This document shows, one piece after another, positions 26,914-37,505 of a stretch of 64,000 bases of DNA. The notes under the pieces are model-generated. The model was given only the letters and a program-made list of their open reading frames with translations, had not been told where the DNA came from and did not search any database. Origin of the DNA: Gammaproteobacteria bacterium. GTDB taxonomy: Bacteria; Pseudomonadota; Gammaproteobacteria; Magnimaribacterales; TMED112. Position 1 is the first letter of the stretch. Each line of letters opens with the position of its first letter. The stretch covers positions 458,243-522,242 of the forward strand of contig JAYQTH010000002.1 in assembly GCA_038147295.1 (NCBI GenBank), given 5' to 3'. The translations under genes and the position numbers were made by a program.

Positions 26914-27954
26914 ATGTTTAAATTTTTAAGAAGTCTTTTCTCAAATGACATATCAATTGATCTAGGAACTGCTAACACATTGATATATACCAAAGAAGAC
27001 GGAATTGTCCTTGATGAGCCCTCAGTTGTAGCTATACAAGAAAAAAACGGGCAGAAAACAGTAGTGGCTGTTGGTCATGACGCTAAGAAAATGCTTGGTA
27101 GAACACCCGGTCAGATGGAAGCAATTAGGCCACTAAGGGATGGTGTCATTGCTGACTTCAATGTTACAGAAAAAATGCTACAGCATTTCATTAAAAAAGT
27201 ATCAAATAGCTCGATACTGGCACCAAGTCCTAGAGTATTAATTTGTGTACCTTCAAAAGCAACTCAAGTTGAAAAAAGAGCTATTAGAGAATCGGCTCTT
27301 TCGGCAGGAGCCAGTGTAGTGAAGCTTATCGAAGAGCCAATTGCAGCTGCTTTAGGAGCAGGAGTTGCAATTGATAGACCAAGAGGGAGCATGGTAATTG
27401 ATATTGGCGGCGGAACTTCAGAGGTTGCAATCCTTTCCTTAAACGGTATCGTCTATTCAGAATCACTTAAAGTTGGCGGCGATAAGTTTGATGAAGCCAT
27501 TCAAGCTTACGTAAGACGAAAATTTGGAGTAGTTATTGGAGAATCAACTGCTGAATTAATCAAACTGCAAGTTGGATGTGCCACGTTGAACTGCAAAAAA
27601 GATTTTGAGCCATTTGAATTTAGAGGAAGAAACCTTGCTGAAGGAATCCCGGAACTAGTAGTTTTTCAGAAAGAGGATGGTTTTAGAGCTTTAGAAAATC
27701 AAACTTCTGCGATTGTTCGATCAGTAAGAACAGCTTTAGAGTTATCTCCGCCTGAATTGGCTGCTGATATATCTCAAGATGGTATTGTATTAACTGGTGG
27801 TGGGGCGTTATTGCATTGCCTTGATACCCTCATAGAACAGTCAACAGGAATACCTACTAGAGTTGCTGAAGATCCTTTAACTTGTGTAGCTCGAGGCGGC
27901 GGTATTGCCTTGGCATTGATGGATAAAGATTTTGATCTCTTTGCAGAAGAGTGA
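26914..27954 (+). CDS. mreB: rod shape-determining protein MreB
   Basis: [10 protein letters not shown] and the actin-fold motifs. Confidence 0.97.
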   Translation: MFKFLRSLFSNDISIDLGTANTLIYTKEDGIVLDEPSVVAIQEKNGQKTVVAVGHDAKKMLGRTPGQMEAIRPLRDGVIADFNVTEKMLQHFIKKVSNSSILAPSPRVLICVPSKATQVEKRAIRESALSAGASVVKLIEEPIAAALGAGVAIDRPRGSMVIDIGGGTSEVAILSLNGIVYSESLKVGGDKFDEAIQAYVRRKFGVVIGESTAELIKLQVGCATLNCKKDFEPFEFRGRNLAEGIPELVVFQKEDGFRALENQTSAIVRSVRTALELSPPELAADISQDGIVLTGGGALLHCLDTLIEQSTGIPTRVAEDPLTCVARGGGIALALMDKDFDLFAEE

Positions 27955-28751
27955 TGCAAGTAAAAAAAATATCTCTTAGAGATAAAATTAAAACTCTCAT
28001 CTTCTCTATTTTTCTTATTTGCTTGCTAAGTTTTTTTTCCTATTCTGTGGATTTAAATAAAAAATCCCAAAGATTTTTAGAAATACTTTTTTCTTTTCCA
28101 AGCGAACTAATAAACACAGCTTTTGAAAACGTTAGAGAGTATGAAAACAATAAAATTTTTGAGCTTGAGAATAGAATCTTGACACTTGAGTCTGATATTT
28201 ATGAAAAAAATCTTGAGATATTGGCTTTAGAGAACAAGAGAAATTTTTCGAATGACACCATATCAGGGTTCAATAATGTTGAAGCCTATGTATCTGGCTT
28301 TGATCAGGGTAACTATATGTGCTGCCAAAAACATAGGATATATGTTTCAACAGAATTAAAAAATATTGAATCATCAAAAGCGATATCTCAAGGGAGTTTT
28401 GTTGTCGGTAGGTCAGGTGCAACTGTTTTTGATGAGGTGGAAGTAAGGCTAGTTAGTGATCCAGAAGAATTTATATCAATAAAAAATAGCCTTGGCTTTT
28501 TTTGCATAGCGCAAGGCACAGCTGTCCCTCAAGAAATTAGTTGCGATAATGAATCTAAAACAAGTAAATATGCCGTTGGAGATACTTTTTTCACAACTGG
28601 TTTTGATGGCATTTATCCAGAAGGCCAAATTGTAGGCAGGCTGCATAAAGTAACTGAAAATGAGGGCCCAAACTTTAAGGAATCATTGTATATAAAGTTA
28701 TTTTTCAATCCTTATAATTCAATGAATAAGCAGCTGGTGATACATGAGTAA
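27951..28751 (+). CDS. mreC: rod shape-determining protein MreC
   Basis: N-terminal TM segment, coiled coil and beta domain. Synteny after mreB. Confidence 0.8.
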   Translation: MMQVKKISLRDKIKTLIFSIFLICLLSFFSYSVDLNKKSQRFLEILFSFPSELINTAFENVREYENNKIFELENRILTLESDIYEKNLEILALENKRNFSNDTISGFNNVEAYVSGFDQGNYMCCQKHRIYVSTELKNIESSKAISQGSFVVGRSGATVFDEVEVRLVSDPEEFISIKNSLGFFCIAQGTAVPQEISCDNESKTSKYAVGDTFFTTGFDGIYPEGQIVGRLHKVTENEGPNFKESLYIKLFFNPYNSMNKQLVIHE

Positions 28752-29199
28752 TTTAAATTTTTTTATCACAACTTTCTTTTGCATTTGTGTTAACTATTTA
28801 TTGCTAAGAGCAAATATCTGGTTTGCTTCCCCTGATGTATTTTTACTACATTTGCTGGTTTTGGCCTCAGCCAATACAACATACCCAAAGGTTTATTTTT
28901 TTATTTTAAATGGATTCTTCATAGATATTTTCTTTTATGAAATTATAGGCCCCTATACCATAACTTATTTTATTGCTGGCAGCTTTTTGGCGTTCTCTTT
29001 AGTAAGATGGCAGCAAAGGTCATTGCTCATTCAGTTTGTGCTGATTGCAGTCATGAGTCTGTTGCTTAATTCTTTTATTGGCATCCAAGAGGGATTTGCA
29101 TTTGTGGAGAATCGAGCTGTAATTAGCACAATTCTTTTAATTATAATTTGGGTTCTAATTTTCCTATACCAAAGAGATAAATGGTTGAAAAATATTTAA
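28744..29199 (+). CDS. mreD: rod shape-determining protein MreD
   Basis: 151-aa polytopic membrane protein, overlap-coupled to mreC. Confidence 0.7.
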   Translation: MSNLNFFITTFFCICVNYLLLRANIWFASPDVFLLHLLVLASANTTYPKVYFFILNGFFIDIFFYEIIGPYTITYFIAGSFLAFSLVRWQQRSLLIQFVLIAVMSLLLNSFIGIQEGFAFVENRAVISTILLIIIWVLIFLYQRDKWLKNI

Positions 29200-31181
29200 T
29201 TTGGCCTGCTAGGCTCTTCCTTTATTTTTCTTGTTTGGCACTGCTAGTGTTCTACTCAATTATTTTTTCCTTAAGTATTAATGCAGTTTCTAAAGCAATT
29301 ATTAGTACAGCTATGGGTGAAAGCATTTCATACGATAGTCTATCGGTTAAGCCACGTTTGTTGGGTATTGAGATCGAAGGCCAAAACTTCAGTTACCAAG
29401 AAAAGGATATTGCTTTCAAAGTTGAAAGAATAAACTTGGATTTAGATTTTCTTAAAACACTGCTAAAAAATAAATTCTACCTAAACGAATCAGAGATCTA
29501 CAACGGAAGTCTAGACTTCATTGGCACTTCAGAGAATGTTGCAAACCTAAACTTTCAGGTTGAAAGTGCAAACTTTAAAAATTTTAAATTTGAAACATTA
29601 GAATTTAAAAATCTAGTTTTAAATAATGTTATATCTGGGTACGACGGAGTTGGCTTTGACTTCTCAAGATTAGATTTGAAGCTTCCCGGCAATCTTCAAC
29701 AGATCAATAATCTAGATGGTATTGGCTACTTAATAGATCGAGAATTAAAGCTGCTTGTAAATTCTACACTTGGCGAGCTGGATGTAATTGGTTTTGACAG
29801 ATTTCTTTTCCCTGACTTAAGAGGTTTTATACATCTAGATTTCGCAGATGGCTTTAAAATTCCAAAAGGTCATTTATTTTCAGGCAGCAATCAAGAACTA
29901 GTGAATGCTTACTTTGTATTTAATCAATACTTTAATCTGGTATTAAATCAACAAGGTGACTCCAATAGAATTATTTCAGCACTTCCTGCAAATCTCGATA
30001 AGCTGGCCATTTTCTTAGATGAATCAAATTTTTACGCCAGGGATGTAAACTTGCTTTTATCTTATTCCTCAAGGGGGCAAGAAAATAGTTTTGACTCCAT
30101 AGCAATTTATAAAGATTTAGACATTAACTTAAGTGGTCTAAAGCTGCGATCAGTATTAGCAAAAAGCCATATTGATTCAAAGAAGTTTTCATTATTTTCT
30201 GAAAAAATAAATACCGGAAGTTTTAGTTTAGACAAATTTAACATCTCAAAAAAGCATGCTGATGAAAGGTTTCAAGTGCATTTAAATTTACTTGGCAACT
30301 CTTTTTGGTCAAGGTACTACAATCAAAAAGGTTCAGAAATGATCTGGTTCTATTCCAATCCAGAAAGTAAGGCATCTTTTTCGATAGGTGGAAGCAAAAC
30401 AATTTTTGCTCAAGGCGAGTATGTTATAGGTCTTGATTTGCCAAATGAATTGGATTTAAGAACCAATGGTATCCAAATAAACCCAACGTCTGTTTATTCG
30501 AATTTTTTTGATTTTAATGACAGCCTTCAGAATGCACTTTTCTTTAATTTTCAAAAATTAAGACTTGAAGAAATTAATACAAAAGCATCTTTCAAAAAAA
30601 ATAATCTGACCCCTGATGGCCTTGATTTTAAAAATTTATCAGTAAGCCTAAAGAATGGGTTCTTTGATTTCGGTTTAGATACCTGGAGTGTTGGTGGTGA
30701 AATAAATATTGCTGGAAGCGATGTAATTTATAACGAAAATACTTTTACTCCTGGAATCTTGGGCGTACTTTCACTGATTGATGTTAGATCAAATATAGTT
30801 GATTTATTGAGTTTAGATTTTGATAAGTTAAACACTGAAAATATCCTTGTTGACAACCTTAAGGGGAATTTATTTTTAGATGGAAACAACTTTATAAATA
30901 TTGATGCTATTGAGCTAAATTTTGGTTCAGCACAAGCTAATATTTCAGGGATAGTGAGCTCCAATATTGAGTATCTAGATACTTATGATTTGAATTTAGT
31001 ATTTGATTCAAATATATCTCAAAACATCCCCTGGTATTTTGCTTTGTTTGGCAATATTCCAGCTGCTGCCGGAGCAGCAGTTATAAGTAACTTGCTTGAG
31101 CAAGATGGGAATAAGTTATTTTCAGCAAAGTATAAAATCTCAGGGACTACTGATGAACTTGAAGTCAGTCCTATGCAATAA
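29181..31181 (+). CDS. YhdP/AsmA-like envelope protein (about half the usual length)
   Basis: N-terminal TM anchor and a long beta-rich repetitive body. Sits downstream of mreBCD, where yhdP lies in E. coli and Pseudomonas. The call rests on synteny and architecture only. Confidence 0.4.
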   Translation: MVEKYLIWPARLFLYFSCLALLVFYSIIFSLSINAVSKAIISTAMGESISYDSLSVKPRLLGIEIEGQNFSYQEKDIAFKVERINLDLDFLKTLLKNKFYLNESEIYNGSLDFIGTSENVANLNFQVESANFKNFKFETLEFKNLVLNNVISGYDGVGFDFSRLDLKLPGNLQQINNLDGIGYLIDRELKLLVNSTLGELDVIGFDRFLFPDLRGFIHLDFADGFKIPKGHLFSGSNQELVNAYFVFNQYFNLVLNQQGDSNRIISALPANLDKLAIFLDESNFYARDVNLLLSYSSRGQENSFDSIAIYKDLDINLSGLKLRSVLAKSHIDSKKFSLFSEKINTGSFSLDKFNISKKHADERFQVHLNLLGNSFWSRYYNQKGSEMIWFYSNPESKASFSIGGSKTIFAQGEYVIGLDLPNELDLRTNGIQINPTSVYSNFFDFNDSLQNALFFNFQKLRLEEINTKASFKKNNLTPDGLDFKNLSVSLKNGFFDFGLDTWSVGGEINIAGSDVIYNENTFTPGILGVLSLIDVRSNIVDLLSLDFDKLNTENILVDNLKGNLFLDGNNFINIDAIELNFGSAQANISGIVSSNIEYLDTYDLNLVFDSNISQNIPWYFALFGNIPAAAGAAVISNLLEQDGNKLFSAKYKISGTTDELEVSPMQ

Positions 31182-32514
31182 GCACAGCTATGATTCCAAG
31201 AAAGCTAACAAACCCAAGAATATCTGTGACTGTAGTAATCACAACCCCACCCGATATTGCAGGATCATAACCGAATTTTCTAAGCAAACTTGGTACAAGG
31301 AAACCAAAAATTGCTGCAGCTAATAAATTAATTATCATTGCACCAGATATTGCTAATGAAAGTTGGAAGCTGTCAAACCAAAAGTTGGTAATCAAAAATA
31401 TTGCTAGTGAAAAAAATACAGCATTTGCTATTGCTACTATAAACTCACGCCTAAGGAGATAAGCTTTGCTTTTGCGATTTAACTTTCTTAACGCCTCAGC
31501 GCGTATATATATTCCCAATGTTTGTGTTGCAGCAATACCACCCATACTTGCAACAATTGGCATTAAAACAGCTGCGTAAATTATTTGATCTAAAATTTCT
31601 GTAAAAAAACTTATGGCATAAGAAGCCATTATTGCAGTACCTAAATTGATTGAAAGCCAAACTAATCTGCTCGAGATTGTTTTTTTAGGCGATGCAAAAA
31701 TATCGTCCTCAATTTGAGTAAGACCTATGAAGTCTTGTTCGACTTCATCGACAGCAATGTCAATAATATCATCTACGGTGATTCTACCAAGTAATTTATT
31801 TTGCTCATCGATAACTGGAGCAGAAAAAAGATCCTTATTTTTAAAGAGATTATAAACATCGATTTGGTTTAATGAGGATAATATCGGTTGAAATTCTGTG
31901 TCCATTACTTCTCTTACTGTCATATTTTGCTCAGATGTTAAAATCTTTGTAATCGGAAGGATGCCTAAGTATTCATCATTCTTTGTTACAACATAAATAT
32001 CATCTGTGTTTTGGGGAATATTTTTTAAGAAACGCAAATACCTTGAAACAAGCTCAATTGTATTGTCTGCTCTTACAGTAATGATGTCTGTATTCATTAA
32101 ACCCCCAGCTGTTTCCTCTGAGAAATCTAAAACATTTTCAACTCTTCCTCTGTCTCTAGAGTTCATCAAGGAAAGCACCTCATTGGTAATTTTTTCAGGT
32201 AATGATTGCAAAATATCGGCAAGATCATCTGCTTCCAAATCACTTATTGCCAAGGAAATTTCTTCTGGATTCATATCAATCAAAAGTTGTTCTCTTAAAG
32301 ATTCATCAAGCTCACCTAGAACCTTGCCTTCGGCATCAAGTTGAATTAAATCCCATATTATTTTTCTCTCTTGAGGTGGAGAATTTTCCATAACGAACGC
32401 TAACTCACTTGCTGACATTTCAGAGAGTATTCTTGTAAGTTTGGCCTTGTATTCAGGATTATTTATTGTGGACTGAATAAGTTCGTATTTGGATTCTGGG
32501 ATTTGATAAGCCAT
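31171..32514 (-). CDS. mgtE: magnesium transporter MgtE
   Basis: MgtE N-domain, tandem CBS domains and a C-terminal TM domain. Confidence 0.93.
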   Translation of the reverse strand: MAYQIPESKYELIQSTINNPEYKAKLTRILSEMSASELAFVMENSPPQERKIIWDLIQLDAEGKVLGELDESLREQLLIDMNPEEISLAISDLEADDLADILQSLPEKITNEVLSLMNSRDRGRVENVLDFSEETAGGLMNTDIITVRADNTIELVSRYLRFLKNIPQNTDDIYVVTKNDEYLGILPITKILTSEQNMTVREVMDTEFQPILSSLNQIDVYNLFKNKDLFSAPVIDEQNKLLGRITVDDIIDIAVDEVEQDFIGLTQIEDDIFASPKKTISSRLVWLSINLGTAIMASYAISFFTEILDQIIYAAVLMPIVASMGGIAATQTLGIYIRAEALRKLNRKSKAYLLRREFIVAIANAVFFSLAIFLITNFWFDSFQLSLAISGAMIINLLAAAIFGFLVPSLLRKFGYDPAISGGVVITTVTDILGFVSFLGIIAVLIA

Positions 32515-32546
32515 GCGGCTATTTTACTAGATTATTTAGAAAATTA

Positions 32547-33251
32547 TTATTCACCAAAATAAAACTTCTTTGCAAGAGGATCTTTGGAAATCTCTTGTGG
32601 ACTTCCGGTTGATAGAATCTCGCCTTGATTCATCAAGATAATGCTATCACAGACATTTATTACATCTCTGAAGTTATGATCACTTATAAAAATGCTTATT
32701 TCTTTGCTAAGATCCTTGAGTATTTTGTTTATCTCATCAACTGATATTGGGTCTACGCCAGCAAATGGCTCATCCAAAAGGATAACCTTAGCATCAAGCA
32801 AAATTGATCTTATGATTTCTGCTTTACGTTTTTCACCACCCGATAGGAATTTCGCTTTGGTCTTAGTCTTTGCTGTTAACCCCATTTTCATAAAAAGCTT
32901 ATCAATATCTTTTTCCTTGCTTTCTGCAATTTTTTTAAATTTTAATTCCATTACAAGCCTAATATTTTCTATCAGACTTAATTCTTCAAATAGAGAGTTT
33001 TCTTGAGGCACGTAACTTAGACCGAGCTTTGATCTTTCTTCAAGGCTTAAATCTGTTACATCTTGACCAAAAAATATTAATTTTCCAGTATTTATTTTTG
33101 ATAATCCTGCTATAGCTCTAAAAAGGCTTGTTTTCCCAGCACCATTTGCTCCCAACAGACCTGTGATTGATCTATTTTCAATGGTGATGCTAATGTTATT
33201 GAAAAGCTTTTTGTTGTTAACTGTCTTGGTTATGTTTAAAGCTTCAATCAT
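32547..33251 (-). CDS. lptB: LPS export ABC transporter ATP-binding protein LptB
   Basis: Walker A GANGAGKTS, LSGGEKRK signature and Walker B LLDEPFAG. Lies downstream of the lptA-like gene. Confidence 0.9.
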   Translation of the reverse strand: MIEALNITKTVNNKKLFNNISITIENRSITGLLGANGAGKTSLFRAIAGLSKINTGKLIFFGQDVTDLSLEERSKLGLSYVPQENSLFEELSLIENIRLVMELKFKKIAESKEKDIDKLFMKMGLTAKTKTKAKFLSGGEKRKAEIIRSILLDAKVILLDEPFAGVDPISVDEINKILKDLSKEISIFISDHNFRDVINVCDSIILMNQGEILSTGSPQEISKDPLAKKFYFGE

Positions 33252-33624
33252 TTTTTAGTTTTATAACTATTGAGTCAGAAGCAATCTTATTATTATTGGT
33301 CAGAAGTTGAACATTGCCTGAAAGTGAGAGCAAATTCTCAGCAAGTTCTAATTTTATTGAGGTGCCAAAAACCTCTTTCCCATCAGCAATATAACTGATT
33401 TTAATTGGGTTTCCTTCTGCAATGAATTTTTCCTGTTCTTGGTCTACTAAAAGCTTGGATGATGAAAAGTTTACTTGCTTTGATATAAACTGCACATCCC
33501 CTTCGTATACTACTTGATTACTCTCAGTGTCAATTTCAACATACTTAGATTTTATCTCGTACTCTTGGCTCCAAGAATAAAAGGACAGAACTAAGAAAAA
33601 AGCTAGAAAGGTTTTATAGTACAT
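33244..33624 (-). CDS. lptA: minimal OstA/LptA-like periplasmic LPS-transport protein
   Basis: 126-aa ORF with an N-terminal hydrophobic segment and OstA-like beta-jellyroll repeats (YEGDVQF.., LSGNVQL..). Lies between kdsD and lptB. Confidence 0.55.
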   Translation of the reverse strand: MYYKTFLAFFLVLSFYSWSQEYEIKSKYVEIDTESNQVVYEGDVQFISKQVNFSSSKLLVDQEQEKFIAEGNPIKISYIADGKEVFGTSIKLELAENLLSLSGNVQLLTNNNKIASDSIVIKLKND

Positions 33625-34591
33625 CTGATTCTATTATTTGATGCATCGTTAAAAAACCAACAACCTTGGTATTCTCTTTAACAACAAGATTGTAAATTTT
33701 ATTTTTCTGCATAAATTTTGCTGCATCCGCTACAAGTAAATTACATTCAATAGTTTTAAAAGATTTAGTCATAACCTGACCAATATTGGCATCATCAATA
33801 TCAATCCTTTTCTCTAAATTCCTTCTTAGGTCGCCATCTGAAAAGATCCCAAGAATTCTAGAATCTTTATCTTTTGTCGATGTTATCAAGGCAAATCCCT
33901 GCTTCTTCTTAGAAATTTCAATGAGAACTTTCCTTATGCTCAAGTTTTTGGGAACCAAAGGTGCATCTTTGACCTCTGTCATAACATCAGATATTTTTAG
34001 AGTTAACTTTCTGCCAAGCTTTCCACCTGGATGAGACTTAGCAAAATCTTTTTCACTAAACTCTCTTGCCTTAAGAAGTGCTACAGCAATAGAGTCACCC
34101 AAGGCGAGAGTTACTGTTGTGCTAGAAGTTGGAGCCAATCCGTTTGGGCATGCTTCCTTGGCTACTTTCACCTCTATATGACTGTCTGAAGCCGAACCAA
34201 TAGAGGACCTGCTATTTTCAGTAATTGATAATAATTTGACCTTTAAATTTTTAATTGCTGGTAGAAGTTCAACGATTTCTTTACTTTCTCCAGATTTTGA
34301 AATTGCAATTAATAGATCTTTCTTTTGTATCATGCCCACATCACCATGAAGTGCTTCTGCAGGATGTATATAAAAAGATGGAGTTCCTGTGCTTGAAAGT
34401 GTTGCCGCGATTTTATTTGCAATATGGCCTGATTTGCCAACCCCTGTGAGAAATATTTTGCCCTTACATTTAAAAATGTATTCACAAAATTGATTTACTT
34501 TGAAGGATTTAGACTCAATAAAGCTTTTTAACTCATCTAATTCAATTAAAAGTGCTTTTTTTGCTTCTTTTTGGAAATTTATTTTTTTCAT
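33614..34591 (-). CDS. kdsD: arabinose-5-phosphate isomerase (SIS plus CBS domains)
   Basis: Contains GVGKSGHIANKIAATLSSTGTPS, plus tandem CBS domains at the C-terminus. Confidence 0.92.
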   Translation of the reverse strand: MKKINFQKEAKKALLIELDELKSFIESKSFKVNQFCEYIFKCKGKIFLTGVGKSGHIANKIAATLSSTGTPSFYIHPAEALHGDVGMIQKKDLLIAISKSGESKEIVELLPAIKNLKVKLLSITENSRSSIGSASDSHIEVKVAKEACPNGLAPTSSTTVTLALGDSIAVALLKAREFSEKDFAKSHPGGKLGRKLTLKISDVMTEVKDAPLVPKNLSIRKVLIEISKKKQGFALITSTKDKDSRILGIFSDGDLRRNLEKRIDIDDANIGQVMTKSFKTIECNLLVADAAKFMQKNKIYNLVVKENTKVVGFLTMHQIIESDVL

Positions 34592-34609
34592 TTCTACTAT
34601 AATTACAAT

Positions 34610-35236
34610 ATGTTACGACTTTTTCTCTATAAATTTATATTTCTTGCAATATTCTCACTAAATTTAAAAGCAGATCAAATACCAGAAATACACTCGTTTA
34701 TTGATAAAAATGCTCAATACTTTTTGACGATAATTAAAACAGAAGGTTCAGATTATGAAGCAAATCCAGAGCAGTTTAAAAATAAATTAAAGAATATTTG
34801 GGAGCCAATGGTTGATGTCAGGCTGGTCTCCCGGCTAATTCTAAGCAAAGCATTTTCCTCAGCTAGTGAAGACCAAGTATTGCGTTTCCAAGAACGAACA
34901 AAAAAACTTTTATTGGATACTTACGTCACAACTTTGCTTGAATTCAAAGATTACGATATTTCGACAAATCAGGAAATAAAGGTGAATAAAAATAAAACAT
35001 ATGAGGTTGATGTAAGGTTTTCCTCTAACACTTCCTATTCATTCTCAACAAAGTTTACTGTTTATAAAAATAAAGCAGGAGAATATAAGATTGTAAATAT
35101 AATTATTGACGGAATAAATTTAGGGCTTACATTTAGAAATCAATTTCAAGGAGTTTTAAAAAAATCTGACTTCGATCTTGATGAGGCCATAAATTCTTGG
35201 CAACCACTATCAAGCGAAGAGCTATTTAGTACTTAA
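34610..35236 (+). CDS. mlaC: MlaC/Ttg2D-like periplasmic phospholipid-binding protein
   Basis: Signal peptide MLRLFLYKFIFLAIFSLNLKA, with length and pattern typical of MlaC. Lies directly upstream of murA. ATG at 34610 is preferred over the tracked start at 34571. Confidence 0.65.
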   Translation: MLRLFLYKFIFLAIFSLNLKADQIPEIHSFIDKNAQYFLTIIKTEGSDYEANPEQFKNKLKNIWEPMVDVRLVSRLILSKAFSSASEDQVLRFQERTKKLLLDTYVTTLLEFKDYDISTNQEIKVNKNKTYEVDVRFSSNTSYSFSTKFTVYKNKAGEYKIVNIIIDGINLGLTFRNQFQGVLKKSDFDLDEAINSWQPLSSEELFST

Positions 35237-35237
35237 A

Positions 35238-36500
35238 ATGGAAAGATTAATTATAAAAGGCGGCAATCAGCTGCATGGCGAAGTAGAATGTTCTGGTGCA
35301 AAAAATGCAGGTCTTCCAATTTTAGCTTCTACAATACTTTTTGATAATCCTGTTTCAATCTTTAATCTTCCACATCTAAAAGATATATCTACTATGCTTG
35401 AGCTTTTAAACTCAATGGGTTCAGTGATTCGATTTGAGGAAGATGACGGGATTGAGATTGACTCTTCATCTATAGATAATCCTGAAGCAAGATATGAATT
35501 AGTTAAAACTATGAGAGCATCTGTTCTGGTAATGGGGCCTCTTCTTGCAAAGTATGGAAAAGCAAAAATATCTCAACCGGGTGGATGCAATATAGGAACT
35601 AGGCCAATTGATTTTCATCTTGCTGGACTGCAGCAAATGGGCGCCAATATAACCACTGACTCAAAGTTTATTTATTTAGAAGCAGAAAACTTAAAGGCAA
35701 CTCACTTTAAGTTTCCAAAAATTTCTGTCACTGGCACTGAAAATTTAATCATGGCCTCGATTTTTTGTGATGGAACAACGACTCTTGAAAACTGTGCGAG
35801 AGAGCCAGAAGTTGATGATTTAATTAATTTTCTTAATTCATCAGGTGCAAAAATATCAAGAACTGATAACGCTACAGTAATTATTGAGGGCGTAGCCGCT
35901 TTAACTCGAAATAACTGGAGCATTCTTCCAGATAGGATAGAGGCAGGCACTTATCTTGTGGCAGGAGCTATCACCAATGGTCATGTAAAGGTAAATGGTA
36001 TTCAGCCTAGCTTGCTAGAGCCAATAATAGAAAAATTTAAAGAAATGGGCGCTGTTATTAATACTGGTAAGGATTTTGTTGAGATAGATGCCACATTGAC
36101 AGATTTAAAAGCTTGCAATATTAGTACGGAACCATTCCCAGGCTTTCCAACGGACATGCAGGCACAATTCATGGCTTTAAACACAATTTCAAAAGGTGAA
36201 AGCACAATTGTTGAAAATGTTTTTGAAAATAGGTTTCAACATGTAGTTGAGCTAAAAAAGATGGGTGCAGACATATCGCTCAATGGAAGCACAGCATACA
36301 TAAGCGGCGTAGCAAATTTGGTTGGATCTTCTGTAATTGCTTCAGATCTAAGAGCATCAGCAAGTTTGGTATTGGCTGGTTTGGTTGGAAAGAATAGAAC
36401 TGAAATAGAGAATATCTTCCATATCGATCGAGGCTATGAATGCATTGAAGAAAAACTTAATAAGCTTGGTGCAGAAATAATTAGAGAACCAGTAGTCTAA
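35238..36500 (+). CDS. murA: UDP-N-acetylglucosamine 1-carboxyvinyltransferase
   Basis: 420-aa ORF with the catalytic-Cys loop QPGGCNIGTRPID. Confidence 0.97.
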   Translation: MERLIIKGGNQLHGEVECSGAKNAGLPILASTILFDNPVSIFNLPHLKDISTMLELLNSMGSVIRFEEDDGIEIDSSSIDNPEARYELVKTMRASVLVMGPLLAKYGKAKISQPGGCNIGTRPIDFHLAGLQQMGANITTDSKFIYLEAENLKATHFKFPKISVTGTENLIMASIFCDGTTTLENCAREPEVDDLINFLNSSGAKISRTDNATVIIEGVAALTRNNWSILPDRIEAGTYLVAGAITNGHVKVNGIQPSLLEPIIEKFKEMGAVINTGKDFVEIDATLTDLKACNISTEPFPGFPTDMQAQFMALNTISKGESTIVENVFENRFQHVVELKKMGADISLNGSTAYISGVANLVGSSVIASDLRASASLVLAGLVGKNRTEIENIFHIDRGYECIEEKLNKLGAEIIREPVV

Positions 36501-37450
36501 TCGTCAGGTTTTAAGACGGTAACTATTTTCAATTCTATTAACTTATCTTTTCTTACAACTTCCAATTCAATTTCTTCTCCAGGTTTAATACTATTAATTG
36601 ACGCAATGAAAGTGCTCCAGATAGCACTTGCTCCTTTGATTTTTAAAATGATATCGCCATCTTCTAGTCCACCACTTATAGTTTTATCATTTCCAATTAC
36701 TAGTAGTCCTGGCATGATCTGATTTTCATTGTCTCTGTATGAAATCCCTCTAAACCTTAAATCACCAATCCACGCGCGCTTTATTGATCCATATTTAATT
36801 ATCTCTTGAGCTATTGAAATAACTTTATCTGAGGGAAGAGCAAAACCAACACCCTCTGACCCTCCAGATATTGATGCTATTGAAATATTCATTCCAATAA
36901 ACTCGCCCCTTTGATTTATTAAAGCACCTCCTGAGTTACCTCGGTTTATTGAAGCGTCTGTCTGAAAGATATTTAGATAAGGGTTACCAAAGTTTCTTCC
37001 TGTTGCACTTAAAATGCCCGAGGAAACTGAAATGCCAAGGTTAAATGGATTGCCGAGAGCATACACTTTGTCACCAATAGAAACATCGAGATTGTTAGGC
37101 ATTTTAATGGGCCTAAGATCATTCATTTCACTTTTTAAAACTGCTACATCAGAGAATTGATCGTAGCCTATAAGCTTTGCTGGGAAGTCACCACTTTGGT
37201 TAACTAATGTAATGGTGGCAGCATTATTAACTAAATGTGATGCAGTAATGATATAACCATCATCAGATATTATTATTCCAGAGCCAAAGTTTGATTGCCC
37301 ACGAAAATTTGTGGATTTAACTTCAATTATTGATTCCATTAGCTCTTCAAATTTTAATTGATTATCGGATGACTGATTCTCCTTAAAAAATACAATCTGA
37401 GAGCCAATTACAAGCCCAAAAAATAATATTACTAAAAACAGGTTTTTCAT
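36497..37450 (-). CDS. degS: DegS/AlgW-like periplasmic serine endoprotease (trypsin domain plus one PDZ domain)
   Basis: N-terminal TM anchor. His (TASH), Asp (DVAVL) and Ser (GNSGGAL) catalytic triad. Confidence 0.8.
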   Translation of the reverse strand: MKNLFLVILFFGLVIGSQIVFFKENQSSDNQLKFEELMESIIEVKSTNFRGQSNFGSGIIISDDGYIITASHLVNNAATITLVNQSGDFPAKLIGYDQFSDVAVLKSEMNDLRPIKMPNNLDVSIGDKVYALGNPFNLGISVSSGILSATGRNFGNPYLNIFQTDASINRGNSGGALINQRGEFIGMNISIASISGGSEGVGFALPSDKVISIAQEIIKYGSIKRAWIGDLRFRGISYRDNENQIMPGLLVIGNDKTISGGLEDGDIILKIKGASAIWSTFIASINSIKPGEEIELEVVRKDKLIELKIVTVLKPDD

Positions 37451-37505
37451 GTTTCAAATCTATTCCCTTTATATTAATATATAGCACGTCAACTTTGAGC
37501 ACTAC

